A stretch of 64,000 nt of DNA from assembly GCA_030704615.1 (NCBI GenBank), contig CM060733.1, forward strand, positions 24,676,001 through 24,740,000. Reading direction: 5' to 3'. The notes beneath the pieces were generated by a model. The model searched no databases and was not told the DNA's origin. It saw nothing but the letters and a program-made list of their open reading frames with translations. Every line of letters starts with the position of its first letter. Within the stretch, counting starts at the first letter, position 1. The DNA comes from Takakia lepidozioides (lineage: Eukaryota; Plantae; Bryophyta). This document shows, in pieces, positions 63,501-64,000 of the stretch. Both the position numbers and the translations under genes were made by a program.

Positions 63501-64000
63501 GTGACTAAAGGCCATTCACTGGTTGAAGTTAGTACAATGAACACCCTTCCCAACTTACACAATGGATTGGGTTCTACCTGCGAAAGGGAGCTGCATACTT
63601 GGATGCAGAAACAACCTTCCATATATCCAACAATGGGTCTGCTTGTGCCCATCTTCTCCTTCTATCATCTGAATGTCTGGAGAAAAATAGCATTACAAAT
63701 ATAGACGATGTCAATAGATGGAGGACAAATCCAATCCACAGCCGCAGTTGCTTGTTCAGCATGCAACAATCACCCCTACTAGCAGAAGCCGCTGAGGGGA
63801 ACTACATCCTCTTGTTAGCAGAAGAACCATTGGCCTACAATCAGAGCTCATACTGTCCCCCAAGTACACCCAAAATCCCATGCCACTTTACCTCTTCTAC
63901 ACGTATCAAGAGACTGTCACTAGAAGAAAACTGATGAGGACGATCTTAGCTGACAACCCCTGGTAAGTGGATGCATCCACAAAGAATAATAAACAAGCTC
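57570..64000 (-). pseudogene. Heavily decayed multi-segment coding relic, weakly hAT-transposase-like
   Basis: Residual ORFs 60779-61525 and 59799-60404 plus splice-like sites. Weak hAT-like strings RAVAEVLL, GWTTL and LNCMAH occur in the right order. Many stops. Confidence 0.3.

Overview
Eukaryotic plant DNA with spliceosomal introns. A non-seed plant such as a bryophyte is inferred from the TE lineages and gene content; this is not established. Bases 1-35 kb are a nested transposon pile. A decayed Mutator-like element (Ulp1 protease gene on +, SWIM-type transposase on -) is interrupted twice: by a CACTA-like element carrying gene fragments, including a tandem array of OSB-type PDF modules, and by a Galadriel-like Ty3/gypsy chromovirus (10328-25467, TSD GACTT, tRNA-Met PBS). 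That chromovirus hosts a second, non-chromoviral Ty3/gypsy element. Downstream come a LINE RT relic and a cluster of non-autonomous Helitrons, interrupted by a CACTA element (carrying a ~180-bp tandem array and another PDF fragment) and by a tRNA-SINE. Bases 35-57 kb hold three apparently intact host genes (7-exon beta-carotene hydroxylase, 2-exon cupin-like protein, 3-exon BAHD acyltransferase) plus PPR and Harbinger relics. Bases 57.5-64 kb are a heavily decayed coding-like region. Best novelty candidate: the nested gypsy element has a catalytically degenerate native RNase H in pol and encodes an archaeal-type RNase H as a separate ORF between the PBS and gag, an arrangement I do not recognise from described Tat lineages. 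All protein calls come from motif recognition by eye; no searches were run.
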